Positions 28,950 through 39,835 are shown, counted from the first letter of the stretch. The stretch is 64,000 bases of DNA from Spirochaetia bacterium (GCA_963668315.1 OY764216.1:1312001-1376000); one strand, 5' to 3'. Notes: generated by a model not told the origin, from the sequence alone. Program-made: numbers and translations.

Positions 28950-30030
28950 TAATCAATTCATCTTCGAAGACAATCTGACTTTTATAACTCTGGGGATTGA
29001 GTATCTTTTCCAGGAGCAATTCTGCGGCTTTGCGGCCTAATTCAATACTGGGCTGTCTGGTGTGCAGAATATTTCTTGTCTCTTCCGAATTGTTAGAGCT
29101 GGATTCATCGTTAACCGCAAAAGTTATATTCTTTCCGTATCTTTCTCTTTCCGAGTTTATTATCTGATAGGCCACATCCAGTAAGCGGTTGTTCAGACCG
29201 TAAACGGCAGTAAACTCTCCAGCATTTTCAATTTGTTTTTTAATCGTTCCATACTCTTTGCTTTCGCTGTCAAAGGGCCACTTGTTATCATCAACCAGTA
29301 TTGCCAGATTGGAGTTAAAGACAAGACCATGCTTTAAGTAGATATCCTTTACGCCTGAAAATCTATCCTCCATACTTGTACAGTTATCACTGTAAACGAC
29401 TAATGTTTTTTTATGGCCCCGGGATATAAGCTCTTCTGTTATTAACTGGCTGCTTCTTCTGTGATCAGACATGACCAGATTGGAGGACAGTTCAGGTATA
29501 TTTCTGTCTATCAGAACATAGGGGATATTATTTCCGATAACGGGATCCAGAATCTTGAGATTTCGTGTTACATATTTCTCTCCTATGACAGGAGCGAAAA
29601 TGATACCGGAAACATCATTTTTAAGTAGTGAGGTAAAGTATTTCTGAACTTTCTCAAAGTTTCTGTCGCTGCTGCAGATAATGGAATAATAACCTGCTTC
29701 TTCCAGGGTGTCCTCTATACCCCTTAATATCTGAGAACCGAAATGATGACTTACATCGTCAATCGCTATGCCTATCAGATTCGGTTTGTCCTTATTCTGT
29801 TTGTTTTCTGTTACAAATGTTCCCTTTTTTCCTGGGATCCGTTCCAGGTAACCTTCATCTATAAGGACGCTTATGGCTTTTTTTACGGTGATGAGGCTGA
29901 CATCGTTCTGTTCGGCTATATCCTTTTCCGTAGGGATTAGTGATCCCTCCTGAAATATCTCTTTCGTTATATTCTTTCTTAATAAGTCGGCAATGGCAGA
30001 GTATTTCGGTATTTGTACAGGCTTTTTCAT
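28942..30030 (-). CDS. GntR family repressor with LacI-type sugar-binding domain (AraR-like)
   Basis: N-terminal PKY..IAD...IPTEK...VS.ITVKKA...L.DEG.L.R.PG.KGTFV; C-terminal periplasmic-binding-protein fold (PYVLIDR, GHK, ELGRKAAELLL). Start 30030 or 30054. Confidence 0.92.
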   Translation of the reverse strand: MKKPVQIPKYSAIADLLRKNITKEIFQEGSLIPTEKDIAEQNDVSLITVKKAISVLIDEGYLERIPGKKGTFVTENKQNKDKPNLIGIAIDDVSHHFGSQILRGIEDTLEEAGYYSIICSSDRNFEKVQKYFTSLLKNDVSGIIFAPVIGEKYVTRNLKILDPVIGNNIPYVLIDRNIPELSSNLVMSDHRRSSQLITEELISRGHKKTLVVYSDNCTSMEDRFSGVKDIYLKHGLVFNSNLAILVDDNKWPFDSESKEYGTIKKQIENAGEFTAVYGLNNRLLDVAYQIINSERERYGKNITFAVNDESSSNNSEETRNILHTRQPSIELGRKAAELLLEKILNPQSYKSQIVFEDELIIP

Positions 30031-30108
30031 ATAAGTCTCTTTAATATACATCATATCCTATTCTTCTATGATCTTTCAATACAATGTATTCTAAAAGTGT
30101 AAATAATA

Positions 30109-30138
30109 TTGACATAATAAATAAAACATCACTATTAT
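30109..30138 (+). promoter_or_regulatory. Sigma70-type promoter for the metallophosphoesterase
   Basis: TTGACA-N18-TATTAT in an AT-rich divergent region. Confidence 0.5.
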
Positions 30139-30187
30139 TCCGAGATCGAATGCACGGATTTCGTACATAAAAGAGAGGTACACTTTT

Positions 30188-31126
30188 TTGGAATTACGGT
30201 TCAATAAAGACAAGAACTTTAAAATAGTACAGTTTACAGATGTTCACTGGACGGACGGAAATGAATCAAACCAGAGAACAAGGAAGCTTATGGAGAGTAT
30301 CCTGAAAGAGGAGAAGCCCGATTTAGTCGTTTTTACGGGAGATACAATCTTCGGACCGGAAGTTCCAGTTCCGGGGGAGGCTCTTGCCGAAGCCCTGTCT
30401 CCTCTCGGAGAGACTCCATTTCTATATGTTTTCGGTAATCATGATACGGAAGGAGGCGGTCCGAAGGAGGATATCGAATCATTTCTTACTGGCTGGAAGG
30501 GCTCCCTTTTTACTCCGGGGCCTGCTGAGTTGTACGGCTCGGGGAACTATAAGGTCGAAATTCTGGGAGAGGATGATAAGCCTGACTGGGTTCTTTATTG
30601 TCTGGACTCAGGTATGATGAACGATAACATGCTGTGTGAAGGGTATGACTATATCAAGAGAGAGCAGATCGACTGGTATAAGAAGCAATCCCTTTACTAC
30701 CATAATAATTTCCCATCTCATAAAGGAATGGCTTTTTTTCATATTCCCTTGATGGAGTACCACGATGTGTGGGAATCCGGCGTCTGTGTGGGAGAGAAGA
30801 ATGAGACTATCTGCTCCGGCAAGCAGAATTCCGGATTTTTCTCTGCAGCCATGGAAGAGGGTAATATGAAGGGAATCTTTGTTGGACATGATCATATCAA
30901 CGATTTCGATGGTCTCCTTTTCGGGATCCGTCTGGTTTATGGAAGAGGTACCGGCCATAATACTTATGGGAAAGATGGATTTCCCCGGGGAGCACGAGTC
31001 ATCGAGCTTACCGAAGGGTGCGGGGACTTTAAAACATGGCTCAGGCTGGAGTCGGGTATTGATAAGTCCTCCGGAGATGTGATGACCGTCATCCGTGATC
31101 AGAGGCAAACAGGGGAAGAGGCTTAA
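30188..31126 (+). CDS. Calcineurin-like metallophosphoesterase (Dcr2-like)
   Basis: FKIVQFTDVH, PDLVVFTGD, FGNHD, FFHIPL, GHDHIND, GARVIEL; TTG start; no signal peptide. Confidence 0.9.
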   Translation: MELRFNKDKNFKIVQFTDVHWTDGNESNQRTRKLMESILKEEKPDLVVFTGDTIFGPEVPVPGEALAEALSPLGETPFLYVFGNHDTEGGGPKEDIESFLTGWKGSLFTPGPAELYGSGNYKVEILGEDDKPDWVLYCLDSGMMNDNMLCEGYDYIKREQIDWYKKQSLYYHNNFPSHKGMAFFHIPLMEYHDVWESGVCVGEKNETICSGKQNSGFFSAAMEEGNMKGIFVGHDHINDFDGLLFGIRLVYGRGTGHNTYGKDGFPRGARVIELTEGCGDFKTWLRLESGIDKSSGDVMTVIRDQRQTGEEA

Positions 31127-31144
31127 TTCCGATTGGCCGTGGAA

Positions 31145-31174
31145 CTGCCGACCCTGTCATGAGAGGGTCGGCGG
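31145..31174. terminator. Hairpin between convergent genes (probable bidirectional terminator)
   Basis: CTGCCGACCCT ... AGGGTCGGCGG. Confidence 0.65.
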
Positions 31175-31182
31175 GAAATAAT

Positions 31183-34100
31183 CTATTTCAGTTTGAATGT
31201 CCTTATCTCAAAGGGAGAGAAGGATAGATTCAGCTTATTTTCCGTGATATCCAATTCACCTATCTCCTGCCATTCCATGAGATCCGTTTCGATTGCTTGT
31301 ATACCCGGCTCATGGAAAATCAGATTGACTGTACTGCTTCTTCCCAACGTTTCCACAAGACGGATGATTCTGCAATCCTCTTTCTCGGCTTTCTTGAGGA
31401 CTTCAAGCGATACTCCCTTGCCCTCCAGGGTGCAGGGGCTTAGAGGTTTTCCGCATGTATAGCCTTCAAAAACCAGTGGTCTGTTGTTCAGTAAAGCGGC
31501 TTCGTTTATCACTTCTGAATCGATAAGGCTGCCCTTATGGGGGAGAAAGCTGTATGTGAAGCTGTGACTGTGAAAATCCGCGTCGGGATCCGGATAGGTC
31601 GGAGAACGGAGAAGGTTGAGGTCCAGGACATTATCGTAGACTTTATGACCGTATTTGCAGTTATTGAGGAGTGCCGCCCCGCAGTTATTGTCGGAAATAT
31701 CCACATATCTCTGGGCGGCTACTTCAAACTTTGCCATATCCCAGCTCGTATTGCGATGGGTCGGCCTGGGTACATAACCGTACTGTATATCACAGTTGGC
31801 CTCATCGGAATTGATGGCCAGAGGGAAGGATGTTCGGAGCATTTTGTGACGCTCTTTCCAGTCGATATTAATTTCGATATCAATTCTTTTACTGTCGGAC
31901 GGGAGGGACATTCTCTGTGTCAGGACGGAATCTCCGATGGTGAGTTTATAGGAAAGTTCCTGCCTTATCTCTCCCGATTCCCGCATTGAGACGGATATGG
32001 GGTGTATCCTGTCGGCAATCATGTTCTCGTAGGTTATATCTATATCCCAGGCATCCCAGTTATCCGGCCTGTCCACATAGAGGCTTATTTGATTTCCCTT
32101 TTCCCGGAGCATCTCTTTCTGCAGTTCCTTATCATAGGCGCTCAAGATGGCGCCCGACTCATCAAGTTCATAGCGGATTAATGAATTCTCCAGGATTAGC
32201 GATTCCATACAGTGGTATGAGGAAGATTTTGCGGGTTTCCCCCTGTGAAGGGTTATATGCCCGTTGGCATCAAGCAGGACTGAGGCGTAAAGGACTCCGT
32301 TGCTTTTCTGAGTAGGAACTATGAAACCCCTGTCATCCTGAACGCTATATCCCTCCCAGTGGGGGGGGAGACGGATGGCGGCGGTGTGCTGAAATGATAG
32401 AATATTGACAACCAGCAAACTCTCTTCCTCTCTTGCGAACAGTCTCTCTGCCGAGTCGCTGAGAAGTCCGTCAATTTCGCTTATCATATTCTCCGCTTCC
32501 CGATGGGCTCTCTCATAAACTAAATGTATGCTGGAGCCGGGTATTATGTCATGAAACTGGTTCATAAGGAGATTCTTCCATATCCGGTCAAGGGCTTGGG
32601 CCGGATAATCCTGTGAGGGCAGGGACGCGCAAATGTATTCAAGGGCACGGAGTTTGTTTTCCAGAATCCTGTTGTATTTCTTTGTCAAGGATTGAGTTGT
32701 CAGGGTTCCCCTATGGAGTTCCAGGTATAATTCTCCCGACCAGGTGGGAAGTTTAGGGGAGAAGGCCCTCATCCTGTTAAATGCTTCCTGAGCTTTTCCG
32801 AATCGGAATTTGGGAGAGCCTTCAAGATTATGCATTCTCAGCCCCCTTTCAATATAGGGCTCTGAAGGGCCGCCTCCCCCGTCGCCGATACCGAAAAGGG
32901 AAACGAATTCATCGCATAGGTAATTTTCTGTAAACCGATCCTGGGCTTTTCCGGTTTCCAGGGGGCTGACTTTGGCGTTGTAAGTATCTTCTGGCAGGAA
33001 GTGGGTCACGATTTCCGTCCCGTCGATTCCTCTCCAGTTGAAGAGGTGAAAGGGGAATTTGTTGTACTGATTCCAGGATATTTTCTGGGTCATGAAAAAA
33101 TCTATTCCCGCTTTTTTTAGGATTTGGGGCATGGCGGCGGAATAACCGAATACGTCGGGCAGCCACAGGTTTCTTACATCCTCCCCAAACTCATCCATGA
33201 AGAAATTCTTCCCATGGATAAACTGACGTATCATGGATTCACCGCTGGTCACGTTGCAATCTGCTTCTACCCACATCCCTCCCTGCAGTTCCCATCGGCC
33301 TTCGGCGACAAGCTTCTTTATCTTCCGGTACAAAGCGGGGTAATGATCCTTAACGAACTGGTAGTGCTGAGGCTGGGATGCCCCGAATATGTAATCGGGA
33401 TACTGCTCTATGAGGGCTACTTGGCTGGCAAATGTTCTGGCGCATTTGCGGACAGTCTCCCTCACGGGCCATAACCACCCTGTGTCTATATGGGCATGTC
33501 CGATCCCTGTTACGGTCAGATCGGAATTATTTGCAGGAGTCCATAGGGTCGTGATAAACTCCCGGCACTTTTCGCTGTTCTCTGGGTTATCCATGTACAG
33601 ATCTATCATTTGATTGAGTCTGTAAATCAGTTTTTCCCTTCTGGGTTTGTTCTCGGGGATATACTCTATAAGATCATAGAGAACCTTGACGTCCAGCCAG
33701 AGATGCCAGAGGGATTCGTTGAAGCGGCACAGGCTCATGTGGTTGACCCGGCCTTCCCGGCTCCCGTGGCGTTTGGGGTCATTCCGAGCGGGATCGCTCT
33801 CCTGGTCTACTCCGGAGAGGTGATTCGCCGCTGCTTCCACCCAGATTTCAAACTCATCTCCGGGAGACAAACTCCGGGGGAGGCGATAAACATCTTTGCT
33901 GTAGTTGCTGTCAAAGACCGAACCGTTGGTCAAACCGTAAACCGGAACTCCAGCTTCGTTGAAAATTAGGGCCTCCCCGTTAAAATCTAGATGTAGGGCC
34001 GCTTCTTTATCGGCCCATTCTCCCGGGATGGTTCCGGAGATTCGGAACCATCCGCTTTCCCATGTATCGCCCCATGTATCGCCTTCTTTGACTGGATTAT

Positions 34101-34254
34101 ATTTCCCGCTCAATCTTTCCGAGAAAGGGACGGGCTCCTGTGATAATCTGTATTCAGCCCTTAACGGGAGCTCGTTTGATAGGACCGATTTACCTATTCT
34201 CTTGTGGAAATTTCTTATGCGTTTTATGTTCTGTTCAGACCTTATTCTATGCAT
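31183..34254 (-). CDS. Alpha-mannosidase, glycoside hydrolase family 38
   Basis: GHAHIDTGWLWP, GGMWVE.D, WLPDVFGYS, GDGGGG, GELYLELHRG, QFHDIIPGSSI; no signal peptide. Confidence 0.96.
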   Translation of the reverse strand: MHRIRSEQNIKRIRNFHKRIGKSVLSNELPLRAEYRLSQEPVPFSERLSGKYNPVKEGDTWGDTWESGWFRISGTIPGEWADKEAALHLDFNGEALIFNEAGVPVYGLTNGSVFDSNYSKDVYRLPRSLSPGDEFEIWVEAAANHLSGVDQESDPARNDPKRHGSREGRVNHMSLCRFNESLWHLWLDVKVLYDLIEYIPENKPRREKLIYRLNQMIDLYMDNPENSEKCREFITTLWTPANNSDLTVTGIGHAHIDTGWLWPVRETVRKCARTFASQVALIEQYPDYIFGASQPQHYQFVKDHYPALYRKIKKLVAEGRWELQGGMWVEADCNVTSGESMIRQFIHGKNFFMDEFGEDVRNLWLPDVFGYSAAMPQILKKAGIDFFMTQKISWNQYNKFPFHLFNWRGIDGTEIVTHFLPEDTYNAKVSPLETGKAQDRFTENYLCDEFVSLFGIGDGGGGPSEPYIERGLRMHNLEGSPKFRFGKAQEAFNRMRAFSPKLPTWSGELYLELHRGTLTTQSLTKKYNRILENKLRALEYICASLPSQDYPAQALDRIWKNLLMNQFHDIIPGSSIHLVYERAHREAENMISEIDGLLSDSAERLFAREEESLLVVNILSFQHTAAIRLPPHWEGYSVQDDRGFIVPTQKSNGVLYASVLLDANGHITLHRGKPAKSSSYHCMESLILENSLIRYELDESGAILSAYDKELQKEMLREKGNQISLYVDRPDNWDAWDIDITYENMIADRIHPISVSMRESGEIRQELSYKLTIGDSVLTQRMSLPSDSKRIDIEINIDWKERHKMLRTSFPLAINSDEANCDIQYGYVPRPTHRNTSWDMAKFEVAAQRYVDISDNNCGAALLNNCKYGHKVYDNVLDLNLLRSPTYPDPDADFHSHSFTYSFLPHKGSLIDSEVINEAALLNNRPLVFEGYTCGKPLSPCTLEGKGVSLEVLKKAEKEDCRIIRLVETLGRSSTVNLIFHEPGIQAIETDLMEWQEIGELDITENKLNLSFSPFEIRTFKLK

Positions 34255-34407
34255 GATGCTTCTCCTGTGAACCTGCTTCGGATATAGTGTTATATATTTG
34301 TAAAACTACCTTTTTGTAAAGTACAATATATTCTAAATATAAATATTTCCCATAAAATATCCTCAATAGCGAGTTGAATGGAAGAAATTTATATAATATG
34401 TAAAAAA

Positions 34408-34439
34408 ATATTGACTTCTGAGAGAAGTCAATATAAGAT
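34408..34439 (+). promoter_or_regulatory. Promoter of the ABC operon overlapped by a perfect 12-bp inverted repeat
   Basis: TTGACT-N17-TAAGAT; ATATTGACTTCT-GAG-AGAAGTCAATAT spans the -35 and spacer. Confidence 0.6.
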
Positions 34440-34642
34440 TGTGCCCATTAAGAATATAATGTTTTATAAGAAAGAATATATTGAAGATAAGCCTTTCTTA
34501 AAATTTCAGACTGATTTCTTTCCTCGATCACAGTCTTGAGGGCTTTTGTTTCAGGGAGCGCCCTTCTGGTGGAATCTCTGTTCTTTATTATTAATGGCAT
34601 CATTAGAAACGTGGTTTCTAAAATAAAAAAAGGGGGCAAAAA

Positions 34643-36601
34643 GTGAAAAAAATATGCTTGATTCTTCTGGCTGTTACGTTATCGTTCTCACTTTTCTCAA
34701 ATGGGCAGCAGGAATCTTCTTCTGCTGGTGTTGTTAATGACAATGGAGCTAAAGAGTCTCCGATGCTGGCGGCGATGGTTGCGAAAGGAGAACTTCCTCC
34801 TCTTGAAGACAGACTGCCTTCCGAGCCATATATCGCTAAAGTCAGCGAGCGGATCGGTTCTTACGGCGGAACGCTGAATCTCGTTTCCAATGAGGCTTCC
34901 AAACTGGGAGACGGAAGAAACGGCATCACCGTGGCTTCTCTGGTTAAAGCGGACACGGATACTACAACTGTCATTCCTCATCTGGCAAAAGACTTCTACT
35001 GGGAAGGGAATAAAACATTGGTTTTCGTTCTCCGGGAAGGGGTCAAATGGTCAGACGGCGTACCCGTCACCACCGAGGATGTTAAGTTCTGGTGGAATGA
35101 TTATATCAATAACGAGACACTCCGGCCTCAGGGGCTGGACCAGTATTATATAACAAAACATGGCGCCATGCAGCTTGAAGTCGTGGATGACTACACTTTT
35201 AAAATGCACTTCCAGGATCCCAAGCCTATGATACTTGAGTGTCTGGCTCTGGAAAGTGAATTCATTTCCGGTTATCCCCTGATGCCGGCTCATTATATGA
35301 AGCAGTTCCATGAAAATTATGCTGATAAAGCCTCCCTTCAGGCGCTTATGGAAGAGGGCGGTTATGAAAACTGGAAACTTCTTTTTGAATCGCATGTTGA
35401 AGCATATTGGGATGCCAGATCCGAGCAGAATATCGGAGCTCCTTCTTTGAACTCCTATGTCGTCTCCGAGATTGGTGAGAATTATATCAAAATGGAGAGA
35501 AATCCCTATTACTGGAAAGTGGATTCCGAGGGACATCAGCTTCCCTATATTGATGAGATGCATATCCAGATTGTTGGAAAAGAGCTTTATCACGGAAAAG
35601 TCGCCACCGGAGAAGCCGATTTCGCCGGAAGACGGACGACCCTGGCTGAACTGGCCCTTTATAAGAGCGGTGAAGAGGCAGGGGATTATAAAGTCTATCT
35701 CTGGAACGCCGTAGGTGATGCGGACTATATGGTTCTTCTTAACTTCAACTCTTCCAACGAAGTGAACCATGAATTGATCAATAATCTGAAATTCAGGCAA
35801 GCCCTGTCCCTGGCAATCAACAGGGAAGATTTTAACGAAGTCATCAACTATGGGCTCGCTATCCCCCAGCAGATGACACTGCTTCCGACCTCAAAATTCT
35901 ATAAAGAGGAATATGCACGCAGTTATGCTGATTTTAATTTGGACAAGGCCAATGCCATGCTGGATGAGCTGGGCCTGAAATGGGACTCCGGTCATGAATA
36001 CAGACTGGGACCCGATGGGAAGACTCTCTCCTTCTATCTGGAGGAAGGTGGTGAACGAGCCATTGAAGCCTCCGAACTGCTCGGTGAATACTGGAAAAAA
36101 ATCGGTTTGAAGCTGAATATTAAAGCCGTCGACCGGGACCTTTTTCATGAACATCTGAGGGATAATGTAGCGATCGATGTCCACCTGACGAAGTATGGGA
36201 TGATGGATGGCGCTTTTATTGAGCGTCCCAATATGTTCATCCCCGTAGAGTATAACGGCACCGATGTGTGGGCTCCCCTATGGGCAAAATGGAGGCTCAA
36301 TGAGTATGCCGGTGAAAGCAATCAGGATTATGAGAAGCCCCCGCAGAAGGTTGTAGATCTCATCGATACTTGGGAGAAGCTCAAGATCGAGGTGGATCCT
36401 CAGGAACAGATGAAGCTGGCCGATGTTCTTCTGAAGTCACAGTCCGATAATCTCTGGACTCTCGGGATTACTACCGGTGGTGTAAAACCCGTAATCGCCA
36501 GTAACAGGCTCGGGAACTTTATTCCCGACGGAACATATACATATGACTTTCTCCAGTATGCACAGTATATAAACGCTGACACCTGGTATCTAAAAAAATA
36601 A
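34643..36601 (+). CDS. ABC transporter solute-binding protein, family 5 (oligosaccharide-binding subgroup)
   Basis: Signal peptide + NGQQE; ESPML..MV..GELPPLEDRLP, LREGVKWSDG.P.T.EDV.F, RNPYYWKVD..G.QLPYID, FRQALSLAINR. Confidence 0.93.
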   Translation: MKKICLILLAVTLSFSLFSNGQQESSSAGVVNDNGAKESPMLAAMVAKGELPPLEDRLPSEPYIAKVSERIGSYGGTLNLVSNEASKLGDGRNGITVASLVKADTDTTTVIPHLAKDFYWEGNKTLVFVLREGVKWSDGVPVTTEDVKFWWNDYINNETLRPQGLDQYYITKHGAMQLEVVDDYTFKMHFQDPKPMILECLALESEFISGYPLMPAHYMKQFHENYADKASLQALMEEGGYENWKLLFESHVEAYWDARSEQNIGAPSLNSYVVSEIGENYIKMERNPYYWKVDSEGHQLPYIDEMHIQIVGKELYHGKVATGEADFAGRRTTLAELALYKSGEEAGDYKVYLWNAVGDADYMVLLNFNSSNEVNHELINNLKFRQALSLAINREDFNEVINYGLAIPQQMTLLPTSKFYKEEYARSYADFNLDKANAMLDELGLKWDSGHEYRLGPDGKTLSFYLEEGGERAIEASELLGEYWKKIGLKLNIKAVDRDLFHEHLRDNVAIDVHLTKYGMMDGAFIERPNMFIPVEYNGTDVWAPLWAKWRLNEYAGESNQDYEKPPQKVVDLIDTWEKLKIEVDPQEQMKLADVLLKSQSDNLWTLGITTGGVKPVIASNRLGNFIPDGTYTYDFLQYAQYINADTWYLKK

Positions 36602-36615
36602 GTTAAGTGAAATAT

Positions 36616-36654
36616 GAGTGTCCTATACCCGGGTTTCCAGGTACGGGGGCACTC
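36616..36654 (+). terminator. Stem-loop between SBP and permease genes
   Basis: GAGTGTCCTATACC ... GGTACGGGGGCACTC imperfect inverted repeat. Confidence 0.5.
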
Positions 36655-36674
36655 ATGGTTTCAAGGAGGTTCAT

Positions 36675-37664
36675 TTGGCCGGTTATATCCTGAAGCGTTT
36701 CTGCTATATGCTTGTCATGCTTCTTGTCGTCAGTTTTGTCGCTTTTCTCGTTGTCCAGCTCCCTCCGGGAGATTATGTGACGACCCATATTAATGACCTT
36801 TTAGGGGATGGGCAGCAAATCTCCATGGATGAAGTCGCCGCTCTTCGCGCCGATTATGGACTTGATAAACCAGTTGCTGTACAGTATTTCAAATGGATTA
36901 CAAAAATCATTTTCAAAGGGGATTTCGGCCGATCCTTCGCATATAACCGTCCTGTTCTGGATCTTATCGGTTCCCGGTTGGGGCTTACGGTCCTGATTTC
37001 CCTCTGCACCCTTATCTTCACCTATGCGATTGCCGTACCCATCGCTATTTATTCGGCCGTACACCAGTACTCTTTCGCCGATTATCTGGCATCATTCATC
37101 GGCTTTATCGGCATGGCAACGCCGAACTTTATTCTGGCCCTGGTCCTCATGCTGTTTCTGCATAATGTCTTCGGAGTCAGTGTAGGAGGCCTGTTCGCTC
37201 CCGAGTTTCAAGGCGCTCCTTTCAGCTGGGCCAAATTCTTTGATTTACTGAAACATCTTCCCGTACCTATTATTGTCATCGGCACGGCGGGAACGGCTGG
37301 AATTATCAGAACCCTGAGAGCCACTATGCTGGACGAATTGAAAAAACAGTATGTAGTAACGGCAAGAGCAAAGGGTGTGGAAGAAAAAAAAGTCATTCGA
37401 AAATACCCTGTACGCATCGCTCTTAATCCCATGATCAGCGGGATGTCCGGATTATTGGTAACTATTATTTCCGGTTCGACGATAACAGCCACTGTTCTTA
37501 ACCTGCCGACTCTGGGCCCTCTGCTTCTGGATGCGCTTCTCAAGCAGGATGTCTACTTGTCTGGGGCCATCATTCTATTTCAAAGCATAATGGTATTCGT
37601 CGGAACCTTTTTGTCTGATATGGTCCTGATGCTGGTTGATCCGAGGATAAGGTTTGAGAAATGA
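36675..37664 (+). CDS. ABC transporter permease (OppB/DppB family)
   Basis: YILKR, LPPGD, YGLDKP...QY..W, GDFGRS, YVVTARAKG, VDPRIR; TTG start after AAGGAGG. Confidence 0.94.
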   Translation: MAGYILKRFCYMLVMLLVVSFVAFLVVQLPPGDYVTTHINDLLGDGQQISMDEVAALRADYGLDKPVAVQYFKWITKIIFKGDFGRSFAYNRPVLDLIGSRLGLTVLISLCTLIFTYAIAVPIAIYSAVHQYSFADYLASFIGFIGMATPNFILALVLMLFLHNVFGVSVGGLFAPEFQGAPFSWAKFFDLLKHLPVPIIVIGTAGTAGIIRTLRATMLDELKKQYVVTARAKGVEEKKVIRKYPVRIALNPMISGMSGLLVTIISGSTITATVLNLPTLGPLLLDALLKQDVYLSGAIILFQSIMVFVGTFLSDMVLMLVDPRIRFEK

Positions 37665-38809
37665 TAAATATTTTTAAACATCGTGAAACAAAAAAGAAAA
37701 AAGAAGAAGACTCCGATGCCTACTATATGGCGACTCAGTGGGAGTTGATGCGAAGAAAATTCGTTAAGCACAAACTGGCCCAGGTCAGCGGGATCATACT
37801 GATTATATTCTATGTCGTAGCCATATTCTGCGGGTTTATTGCACCCTACGACAAGATTACCCGTCATGACAAATATAATCTGGCGCCCCAGAGGATGTAC
37901 TGGAAAAATGAATCAGGCATTCATCCTTTCAAGCCTTTCGTGTACGGTCTGGAAAGAACCCTCGATAAGGAGACATTCACCTGGGTCTATGAGGAAGATA
38001 GGAGCAGGATGTATCCCGTCAGATTTTTCGTAAAGGGAGATGAATACAAATTCTGGGGACTTTTCAAAACAACCCGTCACCTTTTTGGTATTGATCAGAC
38101 AGGAACGGATGGGGATGGCACGCTCCATCTTCTGGGAACGGATAACCTCGGAAGAGACCTATTTTCCCGTATTCTCTACGCGTCCAGGATTTCTCTATCC
38201 ATCGGATTGATCGGAGTTTTTCTGAGTTTTATCCTGGGAGTGCTTCTCGGCGGTCTTGCCGGGTATCTCGGAGGGAGAGTGGATATGGTTATATCCAGGA
38301 TTATTGAGTTCCTCCAGTCTATCCCTAACATCCCTCTCTGGATGGCCCTGGCCGCGGCCCTGCCTCCGGAATGGTCGGCTTTCTCCGTTTATGTGGGAAT
38401 CACTGTCATATTGTCCATTGTCGGATGGACAGGATTGGCAAGAGTCGTCCGCGGGAAGTTTCTGGAACTGCGGGAAGAAGACTATGTCATGGCAGCAAAA
38501 GCTTCCGGGGCCAGTACCTTTACGATAATCCGAAGACATCTCGTCCCTTCATTTCTTAGTTACCTGATTGTAAATATTACCCTTTCCGTTCCCGGCATGA
38601 TTCTGGGGGAAACAGGTCTTAGTTATCTGGGACTGGGACTTCGGGCTCCCATCGTAAGCTGGGGAGTTCTGCTGCAGCAGGCACAGAACTTCAGTGTCGT
38701 CTCTCTCTACCCCTGGATAATGATTCCGGCAATATTTGTCATTGTTGCCGTTTTGGCTTTCAACTTTCTGGGCGATGGTCTGCGTGATGCGGCTGATCCG
38801 TACAAATAA
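37661..38809 (+). CDS. ABC transporter permease (OppC/DppC family)
   Basis: LLGTDNLGRDLFSR, WTGLARVVRG, ETGLSYLGLG, SWG, FNFLGDGLRDAADPY. Confidence 0.95.
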   Translation: MINIFKHRETKKKKEEDSDAYYMATQWELMRRKFVKHKLAQVSGIILIIFYVVAIFCGFIAPYDKITRHDKYNLAPQRMYWKNESGIHPFKPFVYGLERTLDKETFTWVYEEDRSRMYPVRFFVKGDEYKFWGLFKTTRHLFGIDQTGTDGDGTLHLLGTDNLGRDLFSRILYASRISLSIGLIGVFLSFILGVLLGGLAGYLGGRVDMVISRIIEFLQSIPNIPLWMALAAALPPEWSAFSVYVGITVILSIVGWTGLARVVRGKFLELREEDYVMAAKASGASTFTIIRRHLVPSFLSYLIVNITLSVPGMILGETGLSYLGLGLRAPIVSWGVLLQQAQNFSVVSLYPWIMIPAIFVIVAVLAFNFLGDGLRDAADPYK

Positions 38810-38821
38810 CGAGGAAATATT

Positions 38822-39835
38822 GTGAACGATGAAATATTGCTTCAGACATCTAACCTGAAGATTCAGTTTAGTCTGGACGAGGGGATTCTTAAAGCCGTTG
38901 ACGGTGTTGACATAAGCATAAAGAAAAGTACTGTAGTAGGGCTTATCGGAGAATCGGGATGCGGTAAGAGTGTGACTTCCCGGGCCATAATGCGCATTCT
39001 TGATGAACCGGGAAAGATTACCGATGGGACGATAACTCTCAATAATGAAAGCGGTGCTCATGAACTCACATCTTATGAGAAAAACTCGAAGGAGATGAGG
39101 GCTATCAGGGGTAAGGATATCTCTATGATCTTCCAGGAGCCTATGACAAGCCTTTCTCCCGTACATACTATCGGTGAACAGATAAGCGAAGCAATCCACC
39201 TTCACAGAACCGAGGATAAGGATGAGGCTTACAGAATCGTAATTGATATGCTGACTAAGGTGGGGATCTCAAATCCCGAGCAACGGTATTCCGAATATCC
39301 CCATCAGCTGTCAGGAGGTATGCGGCAGCGGGTCATGATTGCCATGGCATTGAGTTGTAATCCGTCCCTGCTAATTGCCGATGAACCGACTACTGCCCTG
39401 GATGTGACCGTTCAGGCTCAGATTCTGGAGCTTATGTCCGATTTGCAGAAGAAGCTTGACATGTCGATTCTCTATATTACCCATAACCTCGGGGTGATAG
39501 CTGAGATGGCCGATGAGGCCTATGTCATGTACCTTGGGAAGATCGTAGAGCACGGAACGGTAAAGCAGGTATTTGAGAAACCCCTTCATCCATATACGAA
39601 GAGACTTATCAAGTCCATACCTCGTTTCCAGGCCGAAAATCCCGAAGAACTGGACTCCATCAAAGGAAATGTTCCCATTCCGATCAATATGCCTCCCCAG
39701 TGCGGCTTTTGTTCCCGGTGTGAGGAGGTCGTATCGGATAAGTGCGGAACGGCCTATCCCGGGCTTATTGAGCAGGAACCGGGCCATTTTGTCAGATGCT
39801 TTAGGCTTTCCGATGTCGAGGAGGAGATGGCGTGA
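38822..39835 (+). CDS. ABC transporter ATP-binding protein (OppD/DppD family)
   Basis: [36 protein letters not shown]. Confidence 0.96.
   Translation: MNDEILLQTSNLKIQFSLDEGILKAVDGVDISIKKSTVVGLIGESGCGKSVTSRAIMRILDEPGKITDGTITLNNESGAHELTSYEKNSKEMRAIRGKDISMIFQEPMTSLSPVHTIGEQISEAIHLHRTEDKDEAYRIVIDMLTKVGISNPEQRYSEYPHQLSGGMRQRVMIAMALSCNPSLLIADEPTTALDVTVQAQILELMSDLQKKLDMSILYITHNLGVIAEMADEAYVMYLGKIVEHGTVKQVFEKPLHPYTKRLIKSIPRFQAENPEELDSIKGNVPIPINMPPQCGFCSRCEEVVSDKCGTAYPGLIEQEPGHFVRCFRLSDVEEEMA

Noticed and set aside
28590..28952. ORF ending in (ARL)n/(ARV)n repeats
   Set aside because: This is the one stop-free + frame of the 9-bp DNA repeat. It overlaps the EEP gene out of frame and has no independent support.
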